A DNA stretch of 63,481 nt, counting the filler. It is 5 parts of 5 records of this genome, joined end to end, with 100 filler letters (N's around TTAATTAATTAA, not from the genome) between each part and the next. Parts side by side here need not be neighbours in the genome. Positions count along the whole stretch, not along the records: positions 1 to 26,856 come from DRR378314_131; positions 26,957 to 40,551 come from DRR378314_139; 3 more parts are not named here. One strand, given 5' to 3'. The translations under genes and the position numbers were made by a program. The notes under the pieces are model-generated. The model was given only the letters and a program-made list of their open reading frames with translations. It had not been told where the DNA came from and ran no database searches. Below are positions 21,201 through 30,985 of this stretch, piece after piece (the stretch's first letter is position 1; each line of letters begins with the position of its first letter).

Positions 21201-24200
21201 GGCGGCCCCATTGCGTGTGATTGATGTCTCCACGGACGGGCAATCCAACCAGTCCCGTGCGGTGGCTGCCTCCGAGCGTGCCCGCCAGGCTGGTATTAGT
21301 GTGCTAAACGCAATCGGCGTGGGGTCTGGTGCGAACGAAAATCTGCTGAACACTATTGTCTTCCCCCAGCCCGCGGGCGGCGAGCGTGGTTTCGTCCTCA
21401 CGGTGGATGGCTATGAAGAGTACATGGAAGGCATCGCCGGCAAGATTTCCAGAGAGACTCGCATCGCCGACCTTACGGTGGGTGCGCTGACCCTCCTCGA
21501 CAACGGTAACGGGCAAACCGTCAGCCTCAGTGCCGTGTTGGGCAACGCCGGCTCGGCGGATATCTCCGAAACGGTCACGTTGACGTTCTACAACGGCGAT
21601 CCATCGGCAGGGCAGGTGATCGGTGACGTTGAGTATACCGGCGGCCTGGAATCCGGTACCCGTCAGACGGTGGTGTTGGAGGATATCGACGCGACCCTGT
21701 TGTCCGATGACGAGGTACAGGTCCGCGCGCAAATCAGCGGAGAGGTCTCCGAGTGCAACACCGGCAACAATACCGCCTCCGAGACCGTGTCCGCGCGCCT
21801 CGGCGAGGTCTCGCTTATGTTGTCGAGCCACACCCTGGCGCCGGGCGAGCAGCTGGAGCTGGACGCTTTGGTCACCAACAGCGGAGCGCTGCCGGCGGGC
21901 TACCAGGTGGCCTTGCATATCGAGGACAGCGACGGCGTCCGCGTGATCGGCTTCCCGGAACAAGGGGTCGCCGAGCTCGCCGCCGGCGAGGCGCAACGGG
22001 TGGTCGATCAATGGAACACCGGCGTTACCGTGGCCGGCCCTTACCGCGCGGTGGCTGTTCTTTACGCGGCCGATGGCCGCACGCTGGATACCGACAGCGC
22101 GGACCTGGTGATCCGGGAGGGCGGTGACTCACCCGTGCCGGTGGCTGATGTGCGCGTGGGTGCCGAGCGGGCGTCCTACCGGCTGGACGAGACCGCCGCT
22201 CTGGAGAGTCTGCTCGAAAATACCAGCGCCAGCACCCTGATCCAGAATGCCCGCTATCGGCTTGTGGTCAGCGGCCCTGATGGTGCCGTGCTTCTCAACG
22301 AGGAGCGACCGGTAAGTAGCCTGGCCGTGGCGCAGGTGCTGCCGTTCAGCGACGCGGTGTCGCTGGATAACACGCAACCCGGCACCCACAGCGTAGCCGG
22401 GACTCTGCTTAACGCCGATGGGGAAACGCTGGCGCGGGATCAGGCGACGTTTGATGTGGTCAGGGACCCGTTGGCTGCCGTGTCCGGCGAAGTCACCCTG
22501 GCGCAAGAGTGGGTGTATCAGGGCGACAGCCAGACCTGTCGCTACCGTGTCTCGTTACCCGAAGGCGCCGATCCCCGCACCGTGACGGTGACGCGCACCC
22601 GACTTGATGTGGACAACCGTGAAACCCTGGCTACTGAAAGCGCCTCGGTCACCCTGAGTGGCGATGAACCTGTGACCTTCACGGATTCGTTCAATACCGC
22701 CGGACGAACCCTGACACGACATGCCTGTGCATTGAGCGTAAGCCTGGACGGCGAGGTCCGGGAACTGGACCAGGCGTTGTTCCAGATTAAGGAGAAGCCG
22801 CTGTCGATCGAGACCGGTTTATACGCCTCCGATGCACCACGACTGCTGGTGCTGGCGGATCCGGTTCGTTCCACTTGTGAAGCCGTCACCGGTATCACTC
22901 TGAAGGCGGATTTCGAACAGCCGATCCGGCCACTGGATACGGTTAACGCCAAGGCGCTGGAAAGCCCGTTCCTGATTCGGGACCTGGAAACCGCCACCCC
23001 GCGCTTCTTCGACGGCGAGATGGATAACGACGGCGAGCGCCGCCTTGATCTGACGATCAGCGATCTCGATGCCGAGGGCGTTGAGGTGCGAATCGAGGGT
23101 GAGGACCTGGCGGAACACTTCGAGAGCAAGCACAGCCTTGAGGTGATGGTGGATTACCCGCGCTTCCTCTGGTTCCGGAACACTCTGACCACCGGAAAGC
23201 GGAAGTTTCATTGCGGCAAACCGCCGGAGCCCGGCGATAACCTGGGCGATTTCCAGGTGGTGGACGTCTCGCTGGAGGAACGCGCCAGGAACGATCAGCG
23301 CGACAATAAGCTGGAGCAACCCGCGATCGCCGAGCAGCGCGCCCGTCTGGACACCTTCCTGGCAAGCCGCGCACACACGCTGGTGGATTCATCAAAGGCG
23401 TTCCGGCGGCAGCTCCATGCCGGTCAGCACCACCAGTATCTACTGCTCGCCGATCGTGTGCCGCTGAATCACTGGGACGCCAAGTACCTGCGCGAAGCGG
23501 CAAACCGCGGCGAGGGCGTCATCCAGGCTTCCGGCGACCGGCCGCACCCGCTGCTTCTGACCACGGCCCTGGGCCTGAAGTCCGGTCACGGGCCGGGCCA
23601 TAAGCCGCATCGCCCCCACACCATCACCTTGTTGGACAGCGCTCTGGCCCAGGCCGGTGAGCTGCCACTGCTTTTGCAGCGCCAGGTGCCGGCGACCCGT
23701 CTGCGCGGGGCGGATCTGGCCGGTTACTTCAAGTCGTCATCGCATCACAAAGGACGTCACGGCGGTCATCACCACGGTTGGCCGCATCCGGATCCCAACA
23801 CCCCAGCGGTCACGCTCAATGAATACGGGGAAGGGCGCACGGTGTTCCTGGCCTTTGACTGGCTCGCGGAAATGACCGCCTCGGACGCCGGCGGTGAAGA
23901 ACAAGGGGCGATGGCCGAACTTATGGAGCGGGCCCTGGACCACACCGCGCCATCCAGTCTGAACCCGATCGCCGGTGAACCGGTGCCGCTGCGCCTGATG
24001 GTTGAGAACACGGGACCGGCCTTGGCGGTCACCGTCTCTCTGAACTGGGACAACGGCGGGACGTTACTGGACGCGGTGCCCGATACGGCTGACGACGGGC
24101 AATGGCGCTTTGACCTGGCGGCCGGTGAGACCCGCGTTCTGCAAGCCTGGATCGCCTCGGACGAAAGCGACCAGAGCCTGCGAGTGGAGGCCGTGTTTGA

Positions 24201-24513
24201 AGGCGAAGACCAGGCCGGCAACCAGGTGGAGGCTTCAAAGCAGCTTCACCTGGAGCTGGACCAGGATGGACCTGACCTCGATCAGGTCCATGAAAAGGTC
24301 GGTGCCGCTTACTGGCAGAGGCCCTGGGACCTGGCTTTGAAAAAAGCCCTGCTGGCACTGGGCTCAGCGAAACACGCGTTACACCAAGGCAAACGGGAAA
24401 AAGCGTTGCGCTTTGCGCTAAAAGCCACCTCGTCCCTGGCAGCGTCACACCATTCGGAGGCCAGTGCGCTGCGGCTTGAGCTCGACCGGGCGATTCGGGG
24501 GATTCGCCCATGA
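18283..24513 (+). CDS. Giant secreted multidomain protein: alpha/alpha-toroid repeats, about five carboxypeptidase-regulatory-like beta repeats, CARDB/Ig-like modules, vWA domain, His-rich C-terminal region
   Basis: Signal peptide (AHA|G); LLDSQNEDGGWG-type repeats; repeated G.V.D..TG.P..GA.V units; PDLAV/ADLTV..N.G..E....NN CARDB ends; MIDAS DSSGS, GGTS, STDG. Confidence 0.8.
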   Translation: METPFAGPGFRFRVVFFLFAVLMTVATSSPAHAGLAEGRSWLASQVTDNGGMAGDASLAIGFQATSEAVALWRAAEWSGGALIDGLPAYLQTAEADASTENLARRLFMGLAANGVDGDLRDRLLRRKGERSGFGAFPGYQPDPLSTAFALAALRQYNITGEPAAQAIGFLLDSQNEDGGWGLDGESSQVQTSALVMQSLWEFRRDFNIAGALSEARGFLSNRLANGAVTDTESLALVLIPLLNEAVDRSPYDDWVAELTSRQNPAGDFESDTYITALALRALALSAQPPADLTVLNGTIVDADSGQPLPDALIALQGPQDIDARSDQAGAFRFTDLQRGHYRVEISRSGYRTLILNTVLETGDKRDLGEIRLDVRATDPDTGEPVTTGLIRGQVTDRRSGAPLSGATIALAGGTSVITGADGRYLLDEVAAGSVAVSASAPGYGQAQGQAEVVAGQTLIFSPALDPQPDGDVTLSGTVTAQEGGEPVAGAMVTAQVGNESKSATTGADGFYQLDELNDGELTVTVSAGGFEPASGVAQASPGADITFSPRLVEEGAPGGEQPGGFTGTVVDAITGRGIEGARVLVEGDSYQEESLTDQDGGFQVAGLPSGDVSLEVSMDGYLPLTGSGAVEAGFINDLGEVAITPRDEAMNSVTGRVVDVRTGDPLQGVLVQVGPPGSATVNGEGLTGQDGAFEVPGLLLADYEIRFSLDDYQDKAFPLVMTTGGTLDLGEIRMRHPGVDALLPDLAVQGLDTAALTSNQATFAAGGALGVTLINRGNSDLTQPFEVIAFSDLDGDGVWGVDNEPVLGSLSITEAVEVDTTLDLELAIEGDLPFRDAPISVMLDSEQSITELSESNNLESTAGECVNNQKPYLDLGLCMDSSGSVSRSEFQLQLEGTARAIEDADIVPRDGSVRVSVTQFASGAYVELDPVIVEEDNVAEVGDAIRAINKRGGGTSIHSCIDRASDLITNASPAAPLRVIDVSTDGQSNQSRAVAASERARQAGISVLNAIGVGSGANENLLNTIVFPQPAGGERGFVLTVDGYEEYMEGIAGKISRETRIADLTVGALTLLDNGNGQTVSLSAVLGNAGSADISETVTLTFYNGDPSAGQVIGDVEYTGGLESGTRQTVVLEDIDATLLSDDEVQVRAQISGEVSECNTGNNTASETVSARLGEVSLMLSSHTLAPGEQLELDALVTNSGALPAGYQVALHIEDSDGVRVIGFPEQGVAELAAGEAQRVVDQWNTGVTVAGPYRAVAVLYAADGRTLDTDSADLVIREGGDSPVPVADVRVGAERASYRLDETAALESLLENTSASTLIQNARYRLVVSGPDGAVLLNEERPVSSLAVAQVLPFSDAVSLDNTQPGTHSVAGTLLNADGETLARDQATFDVVRDPLAAVSGEVTLAQEWVYQGDSQTCRYRVSLPEGADPRTVTVTRTRLDVDNRETLATESASVTLSGDEPVTFTDSFNTAGRTLTRHACALSVSLDGEVRELDQALFQIKEKPLSIETGLYASDAPRLLVLADPVRSTCEAVTGITLKADFEQPIRPLDTVNAKALESPFLIRDLETATPRFFDGEMDNDGERRLDLTISDLDAEGVEVRIEGEDLAEHFESKHSLEVMVDYPRFLWFRNTLTTGKRKFHCGKPPEPGDNLGDFQVVDVSLEERARNDQRDNKLEQPAIAEQRARLDTFLASRAHTLVDSSKAFRRQLHAGQHHQYLLLADRVPLNHWDAKYLREAANRGEGVIQASGDRPHPLLLTTALGLKSGHGPGHKPHRPHTITLLDSALAQAGELPLLLQRQVPATRLRGADLAGYFKSSSHHKGRHGGHHHGWPHPDPNTPAVTLNEYGEGRTVFLAFDWLAEMTASDAGGEEQGAMAELMERALDHTAPSSLNPIAGEPVPLRLMVENTGPALAVTVSLNWDNGGTLLDAVPDTADDGQWRFDLAAGETRVLQAWIASDESDQSLRVEAVFEGEDQAGNQVEASKQLHLELDQDGPDLDQVHEKVGAAYWQRPWDLALKKALLALGSAKHALHQGKREKALRFALKATSSLAASHHSEASALRLELDRAIRGIRP

Positions 24514-26856
24514 AAACCACATACGGAAAAGGACCTTCTCTGGGGGAGACCATCATGGAACAGATTCGTCGCGCCGGTGCGCTGTGCCGCACCGTGGCCC
24601 TGGCAACCACCCTTTTGCTGCTTAACGCCGTCATCTGGCCGTCCTGGGCGCTCGCCATCGAAACCGAGCGCCACAATGAGCAGCAGGAACAGGCCCGCTG
24701 GGAAGCCCGGCATCAAACCTTCGATCAGGTCTTGCGCGGCATTCGTGACCAGGCGCGTGAGCAGCAACAGACTATCAACGAGCGACTCGGCGAGAACTCC
24801 GGAATCATGGCGCGCGCTGCCCGGGCGCTGGGGCTTGGTGACCAAGCGCTGACCACGGAGCGCCTTACCTGGCTGCAGGGAAAAGCGAAGGCGATGCACC
24901 AGCAAGCGTTGGCCGGTTTTGAAGAAACCGGGGCCCGGCTGGAGAAAACCAACGCCAGTGCTCGAATTCGGGACCGGCATGAGCGCGCGGTGGCGGACTA
25001 TCGCCAGCGTTATCAACGTTTGCAGGAGCAACTGCGGTCGGTAACCGGCTCAGCGTCACTGGCCGCTCAGAGCGACGCCACCGCCGAGCTGGTTGGCTTC
25101 CTGGAGCAGTTCCGCATGGAGAAGCCCCGGGACCCCTTCGACCCGAACAAGCTCCCCTGGCGAACCCCGGACCCGGACCAGACCCGCGCCCCCGCGAACA
25201 GCGCTTCCGAGTTAAGCCGCAGAACCGGCCTGCCCCTTTTCGATATGGGGACCCAGGTCGCCAGTTCATCGGCGTCCATGGACGGCCTCCTGTTGGAAAG
25301 CGCGGTGGCCCCCGACGAGGAGCATCTGGCGAGTACCCTGGACGCGGATATCACGCCGGCCGTCGAAGCACTGGCGGAGGAGCTGAATCACGAGCCCGTG
25401 GCGATCTACCAGTGGGTGCGCAATAACATCGAGTTCATTCCCAGCTACGGCTCCATCCAGGGCTCTGAATACACGCTGGAAAACCGTCGCGGTAACGCCT
25501 TCGACACCGCCAGCTTGCTGATCGCGCTGCTGCGCGCCTCGGACATACCGGCGCGCTACGCCATGGGTACCGTGGAAATACCCGCGGACCAGGTAGTGAA
25601 CTGGGTGGGTGGTGTCCACGCGCCGAGCGCGGCCGGCAATCTGCTCGGCCAGGGCGGTGTCCCGAATGTCGCAATGACCCGTGGCGGCCGCGTCGACAGC
25701 TTCCGGTTGGAACATGTTTGGGTGGAAGCCTGGGTGGACTTCCACCCGAGCCGTGGCGCGGACCACCGCCAGGGCGATAGCTGGATCCCAATGGATGCCA
25801 GCTTCAAGCAGTACGACTACGGTGACGGCATGGCGCTGGACCAGGAGGTGCCTTTCGATGCACAAGCGCTGGCCGACACCATCGAACAGCAAAGCACCAT
25901 CAACGAAGAAGAAGGCTGGGTGCAGGGCGTGCCCGGCGGCGCCATTGAAGACAGCCTCGAAGACTATCGCGCGGAAGTGGAAGCCTACATCGACAGCCAG
26001 GCCCCGGACGCCACCGTGGGCGAAGTGTTAGGGAGCAAGGGCATCAAGGAAGTGATCCAAGAGCAACTGGCGCCCTCACTGCCGTACCAGCGGATCACTC
26101 GCCAGCTGACTACGCCGGAGCTGTCGGATTCACTACGCTGGAAGTTCAAGTACCAACTGTACACCGACGCCAACGGCTACAAAGGCACCGAGCTGTTCAC
26201 CATCGAAGAGCCTACCGTGGCGCTCGCCGGCAGAAAGCTCTCAGTGTCTTTCTCTCCCGCCACGCAGGAAGACGAAGACACCCTGGCAGGGTATCTGCCG
26301 CAACCGGATGAAGATGGTGAACTGGATCCGGGCCAGCTCCCCGACACGCTGCCCGGCTACCTGATCAACCTGAAAGCTGAGCTCGCCGTCGACGAAGACA
26401 TTGTCGCCAACCCGGACGTGGAAGTGACTATGGGCTCCGGCTTAATTTCGGAGATGGGCTACTGGCAGCCGGGCCGGGGCTGGGACACTTCGGAAAACAA
26501 CCCGATCGCCGGTGAATACCGTGCGCTCGCCCTGGACCTGCAAGGCGTCAGCGCCCAGGCCGCGGAAGATCTCGAAACCAGCCTGGAAGACACCCGGGCC
26601 AAGTTGGATGCCGAGGACTACACCGGCCTCACCAAGCAACAGCTGGTGGGTGACATGCTCTACAGCACCATCCTCAGCTACTTCGCACTCAACGACATGC
26701 AGGACCAGATCGGCGAACGGCAAACCAACAGCGTCGGCTACAGAGCGCCCAGCTACGGCCTGTTCAAAACCAGCCTGCAACCGCAATACTGGTTCGGCAT
26801 GCCCAGGGACGTAAAAGCAAGCGGCTTGACCATGGACGTGGACCATATGAGCAGCA
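24510..26856 (+). CDS. Large exported transglutaminase-like domain protein lacking the catalytic Cys (3' truncated)
   Basis: N-terminal hydrophobic signal; IYQWVRNNI, GNAFDTASLLIALLRAS.IPARY, EHVWVEA, WIPMDAS; ATGA overlap with the upstream gene (alternative start 24555); open at the linker. Confidence 0.8.
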
Positions 26857-26956
26857 NNNNNNNNNNNNNNNNNNNNNNNNNNNNNNNNNNNNNNNNNNNN
26901 TTAATTAATTAANNNNNNNNNNNNNNNNNNNNNNNNNNNNNNNNNNNNNNNNNNNN
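26857..26956. other. Artificial contig linker
   Basis: 44 N + TTAATTAATTAA + 44 N. Confidence 0.99.
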
Positions 26957-27033
26957 CCGGCGAATTCAAGTTCACGTGGTACGACGATGACGGCTCGGTC
27001 TATGAAGAAACAAAATCAATCGCGATCGGCTGA
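26957..27033 (+). CDS. soxZ: SoxZ sulfur-carrier subunit, 3' end only
   Basis: Reads GEFKFTWYDDDGSVYEETKSIAIG*, a typical SoxZ C-terminus, directly before soxA. Confidence 0.85.
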
Positions 27034-27057
27034 ATGAATATTCTTGGGAGGGAAACC

Positions 27058-27903
27058 ATGCGGAAATTGACAGGTGCCTTTCTGGCGACGCTGATGGCCA
27101 CGTCCATCGCATCGGCAGACCCGGTTGATGACAATCTGATACTGAATGAAGAAACCGAAATCGTAACCCGCACTACGGCCCCTGCGCATCTGTCGGATGC
27201 TCTGGACGAGGTGATGTCAGGCTGGTTATTCCGCGGCACAGAAACCCGCGCAATGCAGGCCGATGATTTTGACAATCCCGGCATGATCTTTGTCGAAAAA
27301 GCATTGGAAGCATGGGACACCGCAGAAGGTTCCGAAGGCAAATCCTGTTCCTCCTGTCACAACGAGATGGACAGCATGGCCGGGGTCAAGGCGACCTACC
27401 CCAAGTGGAACGAGGCCGCCGGCGAGGTGCGTACCCTACAAATGCAGGTCAACGATTGCCGCGTAAACCGCATGGGTGCGGAGGCCTGGAAATATGACAA
27501 GGGTGACGCCATCAACATGGAAGCGGCACTGTCTTCGGTCTCGCGCGGTTTGCCGGTGAATGTGGCCATTGACGGTCCTGCACAGTCAACGTGGGAGTTG
27601 GGCAAGGAATTGTACTATACCCGCACCGGCCAGCTGGAATTGTCCTGCGCCAATTGCCATGAAGACAACTATGGCAACATGATCCGCGCTGACCATCTGA
27701 GTCAGGGACAGATCAACGGCTTTCCGGTCTATCGTCTGAAGAATACCAAACTGAACGGCGCGCATTCGCGTTTCAAAGGCTGTATTCGCGACACCCGCGC
27801 GGAAACCTACAGCCCCGGCAGTGCAGAATTCATCGCGCTGGAGCTTTACGTCGCATCACGTGGCAACGGGTTGAGCGTCGAAGGTCCGTCCGTCCGCAAC
27901 TAA
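27058..27903 (+). CDS. soxA: SoxA di-heme cytochrome c
   Basis: CSSCH and CANCH; RFKGCIRDTRA active-site Cys; LELYVASRGNGL. Confidence 0.96.
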   Translation: MRKLTGAFLATLMATSIASADPVDDNLILNEETEIVTRTTAPAHLSDALDEVMSGWLFRGTETRAMQADDFDNPGMIFVEKALEAWDTAEGSEGKSCSSCHNEMDSMAGVKATYPKWNEAAGEVRTLQMQVNDCRVNRMGAEAWKYDKGDAINMEAALSSVSRGLPVNVAIDGPAQSTWELGKELYYTRTGQLELSCANCHEDNYGNMIRADHLSQGQINGFPVYRLKNTKLNGAHSRFKGCIRDTRAETYSPGSAEFIALELYVASRGNGLSVEGPSVRN

Positions 27904-27906
27904 TTC

Positions 27907-27943
27907 AAAAGCCCCGCCCGAGGTATCGGTGTGGGGCTTTTTT
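27907..27943 (+). terminator. Intrinsic terminator-like hairpin between soxA and soxB
   Basis: AAAAGCCCCGC...GTGGGGCTTTTTT. Confidence 0.6.
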
Positions 27944-27996
27944 ACCCCCAACCAATTCACAAATGCGCATATGTATGTGTCATCAGGAGCCCCGCC

Positions 27997-29700
27997 ATGA
28001 TTTCTCGCCGTGATTTTTTGCAAACCAGCATGGCCGCCGCCGCTCTTTATGGCGGGTCCGGTTTTGGCAATTGGGCACGGCTGGCGGCACAGCAGTCGCT
28101 GACTCAGGACAAGCTGTTGGAGTTTGATACCTTCGGCAATGTCTCCCTGATCCACGTCACCGACATTCATGCGCAGCTTAAACCACTTTATTTCCGCGAA
28201 CCCTCGGTCAACATCGGCGTTGGCGGCAACAAGGGCGCGGTGCCCCATATCACCGGCGCGGATTTCCGCAAGCTTTACGGTATCGAGGATGGCAGCCCCA
28301 CTGCCTATGCACTGACCCATGATGATTTCGCTTCGCTGGCCAAGGGCTACGGCAAGGTCGGCGGGCTTGACCGCGTTTCAACCGTGATCAATGCCATCCG
28401 TGCGGATCGCCCCGATGCCCTGCTGCTGGACGGCGGCGACACATGGCACGGCAGCTACACCTGCTATCACACCGAAGGTCAGGACATGGTCAACGTGATG
28501 AATGCGTTAAAGCCAGATGCCATGACTTTCCATTGGGAATTCACGCTGGGATCTAACCGCGTGGCCGAGATCGTAGAGGGCCTGCCCTTCGCTGCCCTTG
28601 GCCAGAATATCTTTGACGCGGAATGGGACGAACCGACAGATTTGTTTCCACCCTACAAGTTCTTTGAGCGCGGCGGCGTCAAGATCGCCGTCATCGGTCA
28701 GGCTTTTCCCTATATGCCGATCGCCAATCCGGGCTGGATGTTCCCCGAATACTCATTTGGTATCCGCGATGAACGGATGCAGGAAATGGTGGATGAGGTC
28801 CGCGCCGCCGGTGCCGGGCTGGTGGTCTGCCTGTCTCACAACGGGTTCGACGTGGACAAACAGATGGCAGGCAAGGTTACTGGCATTGACGTGATCCTGT
28901 CGGGCCACACCCATGACGCCCTGCCCGAACCTGTGCTGGTGGGGGATACGATCATCGTCGCCTCAGGTTCCAACGGTAAATTTGTCAGCCGTGTTGATCT
29001 GGACGTGCGCGAGGGTCGGATGCTCGGCTTCCGTCACAAGCTGATCCCGATTTTCTCTGACGTGATTACACCTGATCCTGAAGTTACCAAAGTCATCGAC
29101 GCCCAGCGCGCCCCGTTTGAAAGCGCCTTGTCCGAAGTAATTGGCCAGACGGCAGAGGACCAGCTGCTCTACCGCCGCGGCAATTTCAACGGGACATGGG
29201 ATGATCTGATCTGTGACGCGCTGATTTCCGAGCGCGAGGCGGATATCGCCCTGTCCCCCGGCGTGCGCTGGGGGCCATCGATCCTGCCCGGTCAGGACAT
29301 CACCCGCGAGGACATCTGGAACGTCACCTCCATGACCTATGGCGAGGCTTATCGCACGGAAATGACCGGCGAATTCCTGCATGTGGTGCTGGAAGATGTC
29401 GCCGATAACCTGTTCAACCCCGATCCCTATTACCAACAAGGTGGTGACATGGTGCGGGTCGGCGGCCTTGGCTACCGCATCGATGTCAGCAAGCCACAAG
29501 GCGAGCGGATCACCGAAATGACCCTGCTGAAATCCGGCGAAGCAATTGACCCTGCCAAGACCTATCAGGTCGCGGGATGGGCCTCTGTCAACCAAGGCAC
29601 CGAAGGCCCTGCGATCTGGGATGTGGTCGAGGCGCATATCGCCAAACAGGGTGTTGTGTCGCTGAATCCCAACAATAGCGTGCAAGTTGTAGGTGTCTGA
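27997..29700 (+). CDS. soxB: SoxB thiosulfohydrolase
   Basis: Tat signal SRRDFL; HVTDIHAQL, DGGDTW, HWEF, SHNG, GHTHD, YRRGNFNG, PGVRWG. Confidence 0.97.
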   Translation: MISRRDFLQTSMAAAALYGGSGFGNWARLAAQQSLTQDKLLEFDTFGNVSLIHVTDIHAQLKPLYFREPSVNIGVGGNKGAVPHITGADFRKLYGIEDGSPTAYALTHDDFASLAKGYGKVGGLDRVSTVINAIRADRPDALLLDGGDTWHGSYTCYHTEGQDMVNVMNALKPDAMTFHWEFTLGSNRVAEIVEGLPFAALGQNIFDAEWDEPTDLFPPYKFFERGGVKIAVIGQAFPYMPIANPGWMFPEYSFGIRDERMQEMVDEVRAAGAGLVVCLSHNGFDVDKQMAGKVTGIDVILSGHTHDALPEPVLVGDTIIVASGSNGKFVSRVDLDVREGRMLGFRHKLIPIFSDVITPDPEVTKVIDAQRAPFESALSEVIGQTAEDQLLYRRGNFNGTWDDLICDALISEREADIALSPGVRWGPSILPGQDITREDIWNVTSMTYGEAYRTEMTGEFLHVVLEDVADNLFNPDPYYQQGGDMVRVGGLGYRIDVSKPQGERITEMTLLKSGEAIDPAKTYQVAGWASVNQGTEGPAIWDVVEAHIAKQGVVSLNPNNSVQVVGV

Positions 29701-29701
29701 T

Positions 29702-30985
29702 ATGTCAAAGAAAACACATCCAAATCCACCATCGCGCCGCGCGTTTCTGCGCGGTGCCACCGCCGCCGGTGCTGGCGCATTGGTTGCCGGGACAGCCGCC
29801 GCGCAATCCCCCGATCCATTGATCACCGAGGTGCAGCCTTGGGCGCAGGGATTTGGCGATGGCGTTGACGCCACCCCTTACGGTCTGCCCATCGAATACG
29901 AAGGTGACGTGATCCGCCGCAATGTCGAATGGCTGACCGCAGATACCGTCAGTTCGATCAACTTCACCCCGATTCACGCGCTGGATGGCACAATCACCCC
30001 GCAGGGCTGCGCCTTTGAACGACATCACTCTGGCGCAATCGAGCTGCGCAAAGAAGATTACCGCCTGATGCTGAACGGTCTGGTCGACACCCCCTTGGTA
30101 TTCACCTACGCCGATCTGGAGCGCTTCCCGCGTGAAAACCACATCTATTTCTGCGAATGCGCCGCGAACACCGGCATGGAATGGGCTGGTGCCCAGCTGA
30201 ATGGCGCGCAATTCACCCACGGCATGATCCACAATATGGAATACACGGGTGTCCCGCTGCGGACATTGCTGGAGGAAGCGGGACTGAATACAGCGGGCGA
30301 GTTGAGCGATAAATGGGTTTATGTCGAAGGGGCCGATGCCTCATCTAACGGGCGCTCCATCCCGATGGAAAAGGCGCTGGATGACTGCCTGATCGCGTTC
30401 AAGGCCAATGGCGAGGCATTGCGCAAGGAACACGGCTATCCGGTGCGTCTGGTTGTCCCCGGTTGGGAAGGCAACATGTGGGTCAAATGGATCCGCCGGA
30501 TCGAGGTCATGGATGCACCTGTCGAAAGCCGTGAAGAGACCAGCAAATATACGGACGTTCTGGAAAACGGCATTGCGCGCAAATGGACATGGGCGATGGA
30601 TGCAAAATCTGTCGTGACCAGCCCCAGCCCGCAAGCTCCGATCACACATGGCACCGGACCTTTGGTCATCACGGGGCTCGCGTGGTCGGGACGTGGGGCA
30701 ATCACCCGCGTCGATGTCTCCAAAGATGGCGGCATGACATGGGAAACTGCAAGGCTGGCCAAACCCGGTGAAAAAATGGCCCTGACCCGCTTTTATTTGG
30801 ATACAGATTGGGACGGCAGCGAAATGATGCTGCAAAGCCGTGCGATGGACGACACCGGTTACATTCAGCCAACCAAGACACAGCTGCGCGCGGTGCGCGG
30901 GTTAAACTCGATCTATCACAACAACTGCATCCAGACATGGTTGGTGCGCAGCAATGGCGAGGCGGAAAATGTCGAAGTTTCTTAA
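29702..30985 (+). CDS. soxC: SoxC sulfane dehydrogenase molybdopterin subunit
   Basis: Tat SRRAFL; FERHH, CECAAN Mo-ligand Cys, GYPVRLVVPGWEGN. Confidence 0.96.
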   Translation: MSKKTHPNPPSRRAFLRGATAAGAGALVAGTAAAQSPDPLITEVQPWAQGFGDGVDATPYGLPIEYEGDVIRRNVEWLTADTVSSINFTPIHALDGTITPQGCAFERHHSGAIELRKEDYRLMLNGLVDTPLVFTYADLERFPRENHIYFCECAANTGMEWAGAQLNGAQFTHGMIHNMEYTGVPLRTLLEEAGLNTAGELSDKWVYVEGADASSNGRSIPMEKALDDCLIAFKANGEALRKEHGYPVRLVVPGWEGNMWVKWIRRIEVMDAPVESREETSKYTDVLENGIARKWTWAMDAKSVVTSPSPQAPITHGTGPLVITGLAWSGRGAITRVDVSKDGGMTWETARLAKPGEKMALTRFYLDTDWDGSEMMLQSRAMDDTGYIQPTKTQLRAVRGLNSIYHNNCIQTWLVRSNGEAENVEVS

